NCBI RefSeq assembly: GCF_006345805.1
Contig: NC_042999.1
Span: 74,710,001 to 74,774,000, forward strand
Source: Octopus sinensis
Lineage: Eukaryota
Direction of reading: 5' to 3'
Length of the DNA: 64,000 nt
The first letter of the stretch is position 1, and each line of letters begins with the position of its first letter. The position numbers and the translations under genes are program-made. Positions 39,224-51,055 of this stretch are shown one piece after another. Under the pieces are notes generated by a model, which saw nothing but the letters and a program-made list of their open reading frames with translations, was not told where the DNA came from and did no database searches.

Positions 39224-39225
<2 letters not shown>
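37294..39225 (+). mobile_element. Dong/R4 subfamily B, 5'-truncated, ORF uninterrupted to its stop at 39129
   Basis: GIFQGDTLSP, YMDD, CRICGDGQETINHIISSC, RPDIVVRD..LIDVSIP; 27-bp tandem duplication at the 5' junction; followed by (AAT)n. Confidence 0.95.
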
Positions 39226-39283
<58 letters not shown>

Positions 39284-39310
39284 TATAATAATAATAATAA
39301 TAATAATAAT

Positions 39311-39355
<45 letters not shown>
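39226..39355. repeat. (AAT)n microsatellite (Dong 3' flank)
   Basis: Direct reading. Confidence 0.95.
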
Positions 39356-39399
39356 TGTTGATTAGAAGTCAAAATATTTTAGCTGAATTTTTAAGATTA

Positions 39400-41235
39400 T
39401 AATTCTATTCTGTATTTTTGAGATGAGGAATTATGTACGCTATTTACAATGGCACAAGGAAATGAACTAAGGTGGAAAATGAGACTAAATGTACTATAGA
39501 AAGCAAACTTTCCCAAACCAAACATCACTAAGAAAGAAAAGTTTGCTATTAAAACATCACAGAGTGACAGTTTCATTATAATATTTCCAGTGGACAAGGG
39601 CAATGCTATGGTAGCGATGAACAAGTCTGAATACTCAGAAAAACTGGCAAGTCTGATAAGTGATGGTAGCTACAACAAAATAAAGAAAGACCCAACTCTT
39701 AAAACAGAGAAGTTGTCGCAGATCTTAATCAAGAACAAGGATCACTTTATACTAATGAAGTACAGACAACTGACTCAACACTACAGTAAGCTATCACACA
39801 TGTACGGTCTCCTGAAGATTCATAAGGATGGTATTCCATTAAGACTCATAGTGAGCTGTAGAGGTTCAGAATGTCATCCACTAACTTACTTCCTTGTGGA
39901 TATAATCAGTCCATTTGCAGGTAAGTCAACATCGTATGTGAAGAATTCCACTCACTTCACAGAATTGATCAAGGATACTCCCACTGGATCCAACCAGATG
40001 GTGAGTTTAGATGTAATAACTGTTTACCAAAGTCCCAACCAATGAAGCATTATCAATGATTCAAGATAAACTAGTGACAGATACCTCTCTAAAAGAATGC
40101 ACAAGAATACTAATAGAAAACTTGATGGAAATGTTGACTTTCTTCATAGAAACTACCTACTTCAGAGTAGATACTGATATATATAGACAGGATGAAGGTT
40201 TAGCTATGAGTTTGCCATTATCACTAGTAATAGCCAATATATACATGGAATACTTTGAGAATTTGGCTTTAGGATCAACAGCACTAAAGCCAACCCTATG
40301 GCTTCGATATGTTGATGATGCTTTCATACTCTGGCCCCACCAAAAGTATTTCCAAGTACTACTAGATCATGTAAACTCAATAAAGCCATCCATACAGTTC
40401 ACAATGGAAAAGGAAAAGGACAATTGGCTGGCTTTCCTGGATGTATTAATAACATGCACTGAATATGGGTTCTTGACATCCGCAAACCACAAGCCAACTT
40501 TCACTGGAAAATAGCTCAACTTCAATTCCCACTATTCATACATTATAAAGAGAGAGATTGCTCAGTGCCTAAAACATTAAGCAAAGACTGTAAGTAGGAA
40601 GCCTGGTACATAGCAGTAAGAAATGATCAGGCTAAGAAAAATCTGCTATGCAACAACCATCCAAAGAACATACTATCCACTCCAACTAGGAAGAGGAGAG
40701 AGAGTCTGTCTACCCCATGTCAAAGGCCTCTCAGAAAAGATGCATAAGATATGCGGTCCATATGACACCAGGACAGTATTGAGAAGAAGTAATACACTTT
40801 GCAAATATCTTCTGAGTAAAACCACCCATAGAAGAGAACATGACCAAAAACTGCATGTACTCTATCCTATGCAGTTGTGGTAGGTTATACAAAGGCGAAA
40901 CATACTACCCACTTAAAGTAAGGGTACAGGAACATTGTAAAGCTGTGACATGAGGGGATTTTTTATTCTTTTAATTATTTCAGTCATTTGACTGTGGCCA
41001 TGGTGGAGCACCGCCTTTATGTTGAAAAATTGTGTATAGTTGATCATGTATGGAAAAATGGAGACTACCTCCCACTGTGGGATGAAGTTAAAATAATTGA
41101 CAGAAAACACCAGTGGAAAATATGAAAATTAAAAGAGGTTGCACATATGCTAGGACATAATAACCTCCTAAGCAAATCTAGTGCAGATATGAATGTAATA
41201 TGGGAACCAGTGTTAAGAAAAGATAAAATACTAGG
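39400..41235 (+). mobile_element. Decayed Penelope-like element (RT + GIY-YIG endonuclease)
   Basis: ORFs 39590..40045 (YGLLKIHKDGIPLRLIVS, VSLDV) and 40056..40514 (GLAMSLPLS, WLRYVDD, IQFTMEKE..LAFLDV). The downstream frame reads YSILCSCGRLYKGET..LKVRVQEH (GIY-YIG-like) and ends WDEVKIID...IWEPVL. Confidence 0.88.
40965..41020 (-). mobile_element. SINE family A 3'-tail fragment inserted in the Penelope GIY-YIG region
   Basis: tttcagtcatttgactgtggccatggtggagcaccgcc matches the SINE A tail. Confidence 0.7.
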
Positions 41236-41269
41236 TTTATAAGCCCTACAATTCATTTTATAATTGCTC

Positions 41270-41517
41270 ACGGGCATATAGCATAGTGGATAAGGGCATG
41301 GGCTACTAAACCTCAGATGCTAAGTTCAATCTCAGGCAGTGACTTGAAAAATAATATCAACAGAAAAGTAACATCAGCAACATACTATAGGAATGAGAAC
41401 AATGTACTCCATTAGTCAAATAAAGGGTTGGGTTCCAAATTCCGCCAGAACACCAGCTAAAATGTTGTGATAACAGCAAACAAGATGAGGACATCTATCT
41501 GTCCATTGTAAATAAGA
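41270..41517 (+). mobile_element. Diverged copy of the tRNA-like/hammerhead-like module at the Penelope 3' end (candidate pLTR)
   Basis: gggcatatagcatagtggataaggg...gggctact...agttcaat..caggcagtgac...aggaatgagaac...aacaagatgaggaca matches the arms at 18045-18548. Confidence 0.7.
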
Positions 41518-41569
41518 TTATAATTTCCCACTTATTGGGGAAATTCAATCTCATCTCCAGATTACATCT

Positions 41570-41890
41570 TTTATCTTTCACTTGTTTCACTCATTGATCT
41601 GTGTCTATGTTTGAATGCCATCTTCAAAGTGACCCCAGTCTGGTACAAGGATGTAAAAAAACCAGCACCAGGTGAAAGGAAACAAAAATACAAACATAAA
41701 GTGACACACATACACACGCACACATATAATGGGTTTTCACAGTTTCTGTCTCCCAGATTCACTCAAAAGGAATGATTGGCCCAGTGCTATAATAAAAGAC
41801 ACTTGCTCAAGGTGTTGCACATTGCGAAACTACATGCTTGAACTTGAAAGTGCATACTTGCAAATTAAGTTTAACCACATAGCCAATGTC
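41570..41890 (-). mobile_element. Diverged SINE family A copy
   Basis: Degenerate match to 27641-28043 (agacacttgctcaaggtg, cagtttctgtctcccagattcactca). Confidence 0.6.
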
Positions 41891-42115
41891 TGTAACGTCT
41901 GCAATGCATTTCAATTTGCTTGATCACCAGTAAAAATGTAATATGGATATAGATATTGTAAATATACATTCTAAAGATAACATTAAGATACAATAAGATT
42001 CTAAAAAGAAACCCCTTAAAACAATCAGTTATTTAATATTTTGAAGAGCTGCCTTTCCACAGGCTACTAACAATTCTCATACACTTTTCATATAAGGTTA
42101 AAGTATTTATATTCA

Positions 42116-43640
42116 TCATCATGATGATCATTTAATGTCTGTTTTCCATGCTGGCATGGGTTGGATGGTTTGACTAGGGACTGGCAAACCAGGAGGTCGC
42201 ACCAGGCTCCACTCTGATCTGGCAGTGTTTCTACAGCTGGATGTCCTTCCTAAGGCCAACCACTCCAAGAGTGTAGTGGGTGCTTTTTTACATGCCACCA
42301 GCTCAGGAGCCAGTCAGGCAGCATTGGCATTTGCCACATTCGAATAGTGCATTTTATGTGCTACCAGCACAGGGGCCAGTTGGGGCAGAGAGGCTGGCAT
42401 TGACCACGTTTGGAAGGTGCTTTTTATGTGCCACCAGCACAGGGAGCCAGTCAGGTGGCACTGGCAACAACCCATGCATGCATGGTGCTTATTGTGTGCC
42501 ACCAGCATGAGAGCTAGTCAGGCGGCACTGGCATCAGCCACAACTACAACTTCCATTTGATTGTGATTTAATTTGATTTTGATTTTACTTGATTCCATAG
42601 GTCTCCTCAAGCACAGAATGTCACCTGACAATTCAAAGGTACTTTTTAAATGGGTTGGTTATACAACACTGGTGTAGGCTACGACTGTGATCTCACTTTA
42701 CTTGCTGGGTCTTCTCAATCACAGCATATCTCTAGAGGCCTCAGGCTTTCATCATTGCCTCTGTGAAGCTCAACGTTTGAAGGTCGTGCTTCACCACCTC
42801 ATCCCATGTCTTCCTGGGTCTCCCTCTACCATAGGTTCTTCCAGTGTTAGGGAGTGACACTTCTTCACACAACTCTCCTCATCCATACACAGCACATGAC
42901 CATACCAGCGCAGTCATCTCTGTTGCATGCCACATCTGATGCTTCTTATGTCCAACTTTTCTCTCAGGGCGCTTACACTCTTTAATGTGTGCACACTGAC
43001 ATTACACATCTAGAAAATCATGCTAGCTTCATTTCTTTCAATCCTACACATGTCTTCAGCAGTCATTGCTCAAGTTTCACTGCCTTGAAGCATGGCAGTT
43101 CACATACATGCATCGTACAATCTACCTTTCACTCTGAGCGAGAGGCTCTTTATCACCAGTAGGGGTAGAAGCTTTCTGAACTTTGCCCAGGCTATTCTAG
43201 TGGTAACACTCTGAGCATCCACCCCCACTACAGACTTGGTCACCAAGGTAGCATAAGCTATCAACTACTTCTAGTTTCTCCCCCTGGCATGTGATGGAGT
43301 CTGTTTTCTGAGCATCTGTGGTGTTTATTGCTCCTGTGCATCTGCTGCACACAAAAGCTATCTTCCCAGTTAACCTGCTTTTGATGTAGCTGCACCTCTT
43401 AATTTGTCTATAGCTTACACTGGGTACATCTTGTGGAATTTCTACCTACATCTTTTCTACAGATCAAGCAGGGCCACCTACTTCAAGGGGTTTGTGATGT
43501 GTTCACCTTCTTACTTACTAGGGCTTTAGTTTTTGCAACATTGATTCTAAGGCCCATCAGTTCTAAACCTTGCTTCCACTTTAATATCAAAATTTAGCTT
43601 GGTAGAGAGATTATGGAAAATGGAATCCAAAAACAGGTAT
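42116..43640 (-). mobile_element. 5'-truncated RTE LINE
   Basis: Same family as 51055-53225; minus frame GRWPCLICRK..RCTQCKL...VCSRC; (GAT)-type tail at 42116. Confidence 0.85.
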
Positions 43641-43701
43641 AATAAAGGAACTCAAAACAGGAACTCAAGTATCTGTAATTAAAAGTGATGATATTTATCT
43701 T

Positions 43702-44111
43702 TTACTTGTTTCAGTCATTGGACCATGGCCATGCTGGGGTACTTGAGGAATTTTAATCGAACTAATTGACCCCAGTGCTTATTTTCTTTCTAAGCCTGGT
43801 ATTTACTGTATCAGTTTCTTTTTACAGAACTGCTAAGTTACAGGGACATAAACCAATACTTATTGCTAAGTAGCAGTGGGGGACAAACACACATGTGTGC
43901 ATGCACACACACACACACACAAATATATATATATATATGTATATACAACAGGCTTCTTTCATTTTCTATGTACCAAATCCACTCACAAGGCTTTTGTCTG
44001 CCTGAGGTTATAGCAGAAGACACTTGACTCAAGGTGCCATGCAGTGGGACTGAACCCAGAGCCATGTAGTTGGGAAGCAAACTTCTTACTACACGGCCAC
44101 ACCTGCACCTA
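43702..44111 (-). mobile_element. tRNA-derived SINE family A
   Basis: Matches 27641-28043 along its length, including aggtgccatgcagtgggactgaacc. Confidence 0.88.
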
Positions 44112-45089
44112 TATTCATTAAGCTTGACACAAATTAAATGTCCTAATATTTGCATTACATTACATCCAGCTGTGTCAACATATTTGAATTTTGATATATA
44201 TCTGTTGTGATAAAACATAAAACTAGATAATGTTGCAAAATGTGACCTCCCTTCTGTACCAACATGGCTCCAACAGCAAAAGTTAGCTGTAGGGAAAGTG
44301 CAAATCAACCCAGCAAGCCAACTTACCCAAAGAAGAAGTCATGCACTGCTGGGTGTCTTCAAAACATGCATCTTGTGGAATGTAGTTCTTTGTTAATTAG
44401 TTTTACGCTGACTTCTGTTTACCACTCCCCTACACACAGAGACTAGCTGTCCTTATATACTTGTACATTCATCTAGAATCTTCTAAAGAGTCATGTTATG
44501 TTGTATCTTTTAGAACTTTATTCTGAACCAATTAATTTCCTAGTTGCTAGGAAAGTCATACTCCCCATACAGCACCTGACCTATGAGACATGTCATTTAT
44601 CATGTGACACAATTCTGGAATTTTCTCTGATACTCTAACATGATACAATATTATAGAATGATTACACAGGAAACTAAACAATATTACATAATTATTACTC
44701 AGAAAACTAAACACCTTTACCAATTTACCAGAGAATATCATAGATAATACAAACAGAACTTATTCTCTCTTTCATAACAATATGGTCACCCTACAACAAA
44801 TAGAAATAAACATTGCATATTTTGAAACTGCTCACTACATACTGTCTGGTAGGTTTCCCACCTCTCAGTGTATTTTGGTACCTAAACATTTAGTAGAAAC
44901 ATATGGTACTTGAGTAACTTCCTAGGAATTAAAAGCATAGATTTTCAAATTTGTTGTTTTTGCTTAACTTCAGTTCTGATTGAGCAGATCTATGATGAAA
45001 GCTGTTCTGAATGTGATCAATGATCAAAATTATGAAAATAAAAATCAAAACTATGAAAAGTCAAGAGTAAATAGAAATGAATTACTAAC

Positions 45090-45413
45090 TTAATTCAGGA
45101 CAGGTTCCATTATAAATGTTGACACTATTAATTGCCATTCCCCCGGTCTTGATATCCGCAATGAATGTAAGAAAACTTGTCCCTGCTGGAAGCTGGAATT
45201 GTCCTTCATATGTTTCATCTCTTTGACTAAAGAAATATTCATTCCAAGCAAGATGATGTGAATTATTTCCATTAGGGTTCTTCTGGTGTAAAATAACTGA
45301 GAAATTCCCAGTTAGTGCAAAAGCTGTAGTAAACTTGATATTCACACATGAATCTGCCAATGTTTCCATGGGTGACAGCATTTTCCCCTTTGTTCCTATA
45401 ATCTGCATACTAC
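45090..45413 (-). CDS. Host gene exon: MAM domain 1, C-terminal part (SMQIIGTKG...CVNIKF...MAINSVNIYNGTCPEL)
   Basis: Acceptor gatttacag, donor gttagt, 324 nt, phase 1-1; ends with a MAM-type AI.SV.I..G.C motif. Corresponds to ORF 45085..45408. Confidence 0.85.
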
Positions 45414-46258
45414 CTGTAAATCAAAGAATATTATCAGAAATATTAGCAGAATTACTGAATTGCAAAGCAAACAATTGAATGGGTGAAAAGCCAGAGTTTT
45501 TAACTTTTCTTCAAAAATAAGTCCTTATTTGTTGAAACATTAGCAAATAAATTTACTGTTTCTTCCAACAAATAAAAAATTTGAAATTCCAAACAGAAAG
45601 TTGAAGATATAAGAAACACATGTTTTTCTTCCATAAAGCTTTTTCATCAAATGGACTGTTCCTTATTTTAGCTTTCTCTGACAATATGCAGATAAGAGAC
45701 AAATGTTTCTCTAGATAGGATGCTGTCAGTTACAAGTAAACTTTCCTTTATGATAAGCTGAGCCATGCAGTCCAACGAATTAATTATGCAAAAACAGCCA
45801 TTAACAGATTATATTCTTCTGCAATACATCTATATATCATATTTGCCAGCATGTAAGATGTACTCCTTCTAAACAAGTATATATTTTGGAAAAAAACAAA
45901 TTTAATATGTTTCATCATGCTCTCATATACCATCTGTAACCAAAAGCTAAGACACAGTGTGCTCCAGAGTGGGAGTGAATTTGGAGTATTATAATTGAGA
46001 AGCAAACTTCTGATACAGTTGGCCATGTATGCATAAAATCCAGATGGGGATAGCAAAAAATATTGCAGGCATTAAGCATTATCTAGGATGCTAGATGATG
46101 CAAGGAGTACTTGAGTGAAACAGAGAGTGAGGAAAAAGATCATGAAATGAGGGGAGTGAGAGAGAGAGAGAAGAGAGAGAGAGAGAAAGACTGACAGATA
46201 GAAAGGAGAATGTAAAAGACAATGTTTAGGCTGAAAGTTAAGTGACTACTATACTTAC

Positions 46259-46366
46259 CAGGAACATTAAAGAAACTAGTACCATTATCCAATACCGGTA
46301 CCCATCCATATGCAATTTTATAACCACAGTAGTATTTTGTTGCGAAATCACATGAAATTGAATCAG
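46259..46366 (-). CDS. Host gene exon: MAM domain 1, N-terminal part (DSISCDFATKYYCGYKIAYGWVPVLDNGTSFFNVP)
   Basis: Acceptor ccttactag, donor gtaagt, 108 nt, phase 1-1; CDF..CG..W MAM start motif. Lies within ORF 46140..46400. Confidence 0.85.
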
Positions 46367-47015
46367 CTAGTAAGGTAAAAAATAATATAAATTGAAGCAA
46401 TAAATCAGTTGATCGATAATGATGATGATAAGGATGTAAGTAGTTTAAATGACCTTCTTAATCCCAGTGATTATATAATTTCAACAGAATGCCACATCAT
46501 TCTCCTTCTTAGAAGAGCATGAATACAGCATGGGATGACAACCATGTTGCATTTTCTTCATGAATGAAAATACAATGACGGGATTCAGACAAAATGCTTT
46601 GCAGTATATAGTTATATCCATTTACATCCTGAATTCAAAATTCTGTGGTGGGAATCAGTTTGATCCCTCATTCTAACTTAGTTGATAAGATAAAGTACCA
46701 GACAAGATTTAATCAACTGTTCTTTTACACAAAATTTAGGGTGGCCATCCAATACTATTCATCATCATCGTCATCATCATCATTTAATGTCCACTTTCCA
46801 TACTAACATGGGTTCAACATAAGATAAAATATAATGGTGGCAAATGGGATGGGTACAAGGCAAAATGTATTGTAAATATTAAGGCACATTCATGTATGAT
46901 GTGATTTGAATTATTACATTGTTTTAACTTTGCATTGATTCCTTTCAAAGTTGAAGACAAAGGAATATTTACATACATATGTGTATGTATGTGTGTGTGT
47001 ATCCATCCATCCATC

Positions 47016-47063
<48 letters not shown>

Positions 47064-47488
47064 CCAACCCGTGTCAGCATGGAAAACAGATATTAAGCAA
47101 TGATGATGATGATGATTATTATTATTATTATATAGATAAATAGATAGATCGATGGATAAATATAGATATGGCTAGTTTATGGGGTTACCGAGGGTTCCAT
47201 ATCCATAAAGTGCTAAAACGCTTAGCTTTACAATGTTTCTTCAGATCCTAAACCCATTGACCTACGGTCTCTCTCTCAATATATATGTTTAGTTATTAAA
47301 TATATAATGACCATTATTTACATATTATCTTATATAGAAAAGGAAGAGTTTAGGTCACTCATGATCTAAACCAATAAGTTTAGATCATCAGTGCTGTAAT
47401 TGGTAATCCATTAGGATCCAAGTTCAAAAGAAAGGCTGGAGCTGGGGATCTGTTGCAGACTTCCAAATCAGCAGGTATAAATTACAGG

Positions 47489-48007
47489 AAGGTTGGACAA
47501 GCTTATCAGGTAATTAAAAATATTTTGATTAATGTAAAGGTGAATTGAAATAAGGAAAATAAATGTAAATAATGACTTAGTTGTTTCTGGGATATCCCAG
47601 GTAATGGATCAATGTGTTGATCAACTTCCCCATACACTGGGTACTCCACATACCTCCCTATGTTTAATCTCAGGTAAGTCCAGACAGTTGGTTGAGTGAA
47701 GCATTCAGGTTGATAGACTAAATCAAGCATTAAAGTGCTAGATTTAAGGGTTACACCTTCATGGAAAGATGGACAAACACTCATACCCTCTGGAACAAGA
47801 TGAACTATGAACTTTATACCTCTATCTACACTGAATTTTCTGGAATATCCAGTGTATGGAGTTGTTGGTCAACACACTGACCCATTACCTGGGATATCCC
47901 GGAAACAGCTGTAAGACATAAGTTACTTTTATTTTTCTTCCCTTACTTCGATTCACCTTTATAGTAATTAAAATATTTTAAATGATCTGATCAGCTTGTC
48001 CAGCCTT
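47489..48007. repeat. Imperfect long inverted repeat (arms about 47489-47645 and 47838-48007)
   Basis: aaggttggacaagc...tttctgggatatcccaggtaatggatcaatgtgttgatc...catacactgg is mirrored by ccagtgtatgg...cccattacctgggatatcccggaaacag...gcttgtccagcctt. Confidence 0.85.
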
Positions 48008-48149
48008 GGTTTTGTTTTCCCCTTCCTTTATTAGACACCCCCCCATCACATACACAAACAAAAGAAGGATACAAGTGGAGCTTAAAATTCACAACTGCTG
48101 TTTCAGGAGCACTTATTAAGTTACATCATGACAAAAATCTGCTGTCTTC

Positions 48150-48805
48150 AGGTGATTTTAAATAGACAGATTGGAGCAAAAATTTCAGGTGTGAAAACAA
48201 GGTCTGGGATCAAAGCACCTTAGAGTTAATTTAGTAAAAACCAAATTCTTAGTAAACAAGAAAGCAGACAAATTGCAAATTCTTTCAGGGAGATGGCCCT
48301 GCTTGATATGTAGAAATGGCTTAGGTAGAAACTCCATAAAGTGTATATGGTTCAAGCTATGGACACATAAGAGGTGCAGCAATATCAGAGGAAGGTTAAC
48401 AGAGAAAACAATCTTTGTGTGTGACAGATGAACAAGTACAATAAACACTAGAAATGCTCAGAAAATAGACTCCATCAAATGCTAGGTGGGTATACCCAAA
48501 AGTAGTTGATAGCTTCCGTTATCTAGGTGATCAAGTCAGCAGTGGAGGTGGTTGCTCCAAGAGTATTGCTGATAGAATAAGAATACTCTGGGCAAAGTTC
48601 AGAGAGCTTCTACCTTTGTTGGTAACAAAGGGCCTCTCTCTCAGAGTGAAAGGCATCAAACAATGATGACTTTTGCAGATTATTTGATGCTACATGGCAG
48701 TGAAACATGGGCTGTGACAGCAGAGGACATGTGGAGGTTTGAAAGAAATGAAGCTAATATGCTTCGCTAGATGTGCAATGTCAGTGTGCATGTACAACAG
48801 AGTGA
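48150..48805 (+). mobile_element. RTE LINE internal fragment
   Basis: Plus frame LRVNLVKTK...GRWPCLICRNGLGRNS...WTHKRC...VCDR. Confidence 0.8.
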
Positions 48806-48910
48806 AGTTTTTCCATTTCATTTATTATACTTGTCTAACATCTCAGGTTTGACTTGAGCACTTCTATGCAGTCTATGTGTTTCAAAAGAAGTATTTTAAC
48901 TATGAAAAGA

Positions 48911-48955
<45 letters not shown>

Positions 48956-49542
48956 AAATAAGAAAATGGAGAAACACAACTTGGCCTGCACTCGCATATA
49001 CGCTTGTACACTTGTGGAACTTAATATCATGTAAACCAATGTTTTTCATTTTTCATTTTATATGTATATGCCGATCTTTAATGCTTTGCATTGTACTGTA
49101 GTATTATTGTTGTTGTTGTTTTTGCTATTATGTTGCTAACCACGTGATGCATATATTGCTTTGCTGGTATTAATGTTATTAATAATAATAATAATGATAT
49201 TAGTAGCAATAGTGGCAATGATAATAGTAATGATGGTAATATTAATGGCATTTTGTAACTTAATATAATGAACTCTTGACTTTGTATATCTGCATTTGAA
49301 TATGGATATGTGTATGTTTTCTATATTGTAATATCCTAATATTGTGTTGACCAACTGTAACATTGAATATAGATCATATGTATGTATATTGATTTATATT
49401 ATTATGTATATGTGTATATATATGTATAGGAGTATGAGTATATGCATTCATATGTATGTGTATATTATATATTATGGGTATATACTCACTCTTTTATGGG
49501 TGTACCTCCTCTGATATTCATATTTAATTTAGTTTGTATTTC

Positions 49543-49677
49543 ACTATCTCTGAAGAGGCCTTGGGATATTTTTGTAAGTGTCTCATTTATAACTACATAT
49601 TGACCTATCACACATGGCTAATATGAGCATAATGAGACACCCATATCTGCATGGCCGAAACAGCTGTAAGATGTAGT
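49543..49677 (+). ncRNA. Type I hammerhead ribozyme motif with intact catalytic core (Penelope pLTR type)
   Basis: Stem I actatct (49543) / agatgtagt (49669); CTGAAGA 49550-49556; long stem II closed by GGCC/GGCC with an internal gtgtctcatt/aatgagacac helix; GAAA 49657; palindromic stem III ACAGCTGT; GUA cleavage triplet ending at 49668. Confidence 0.75.
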
Positions 49678-50045
49678 TTATATTTATATTTGTATTTATT
49701 TATATTCACTTATACATACTGTACTTATTGTATCATATTACTCTTTCATGTACATTGTTTTGTTCTATATTATTATGTTTGACCTTAATATTCATAAGTA
49801 GTGGTTTAATAAATTATGTGATTGGGTATTATCTGGTAGTTGATCATTGATTAAGATGTGCTTCTCCATTTTCTTATTTTGTATTATTAATTTGTGGTAA
49901 AACATTTTACCTTTGCCCATATAATACAGTAAATGAATTAACTGCATCGCAATTCTTAACATTTATATATTAACTTTGTTGGGTGCTTTACTTGCAGTAT
50001 ATTGGATATATGTTATCCCATGGAGGGTTGCACTTGCAACCCCTA

Positions 50046-50165
50046 TCTCAATTTGTATATATATATATATATATATATATAATGTGTGTGTGTGTATGTA
50101 TGTATGTATGTATGTATGTATGTATGTATGTATGTATGTATGTATGTATGTATGTATGTATGTGT
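50046..50165. repeat. Compound (TA)n/(TG)n/(TATG)n microsatellite
   Basis: Direct reading. Confidence 0.95.
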
Positions 50166-50299
50166 ACACACATATTGATATATGATATATATATGGAAAA
50201 ATCTAAATTAAGAACTTCAATGTCATCATATAAAACATTGACATTTCATAACATACTGGTGAGCTACACATGATGCTATATAATACAGACTGGTCAATA

Positions 50300-51000
50300 A
50301 GGTAAGACCTTAGATAGAAGTGTTATTGTAACCTGGTCAGTTAGGTAACATGCCTGAAATATAGGAGTTATTGAGGATTTGTTTGCATGGTAATACAGTA
50401 AGACAGATGCTAGTATAGCCTTAATCAATATGGAAATACACCTGATGTAATTATTTTTATCTAAGGCATCACCTTTACCTTTGTAACAGTTGACTATGGT
50501 ACTGCTACACCAGCCATTGGGCATGACTTCTTCATGAACCACCTGATTTATAGTATGGGTGACTAAACCATAACCCTCTCTGCTAGATATTTTAAGCATC
50601 TCAGCAGTAATTCCTGATGGGCCAGGGGCTCTTCCTGTCTTCATATCCTTAATTGCTTTATCTGCGATGGAACTGTCAATTTGGGTAGCCAGTTCCTCAA
50701 TTGGGTCAACGTTTGGCAGACTCTACTCCTCTCACTCATTCTCTATGTTCAACAGTTGTTTCATGATGACATTTCCAAGCCTCTTTCTTGGCAGAATCAT
50801 TACATGTAAGTGCACCAGCATTCATACAGACACATTTCTCTCATATAACATCACAATTTTCTCTCACACACTGTTTTGCAATCTGAAACACTTCAGTTCT
50901 TTGGTCCTCACATCACTGAACATAGGTAAACTTATTCTTTCCTGCTTCTCCCTTGGCTAGATATACTTGTCTCCTAGCATCCCTTCTGGCAATCTGATAC
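50300..51000 (-). mobile_element. RTE LINE fragment (RT N-terminal region)
   Basis: ORF 50294..50644 MKTGRAPGPSGITAEMLK...WCSSTIVNCYKGKGDAL. Confidence 0.8.
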
Positions 51001-51009
51001 AGTTCCCTG

Positions 51010-51054
<45 letters not shown>

Positions 51055-51055
<1 letters not shown>

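Noticed and set aside
44112-44286. Strong acceptor (tttccctacag) followed by an open phase-1 frame (ORF 43838..44308)
   Set aside because: No recognisable domain, no convincing in-phase donor, and the frame runs into a SINE; MAM1 and MAM2 already join cleanly without it.
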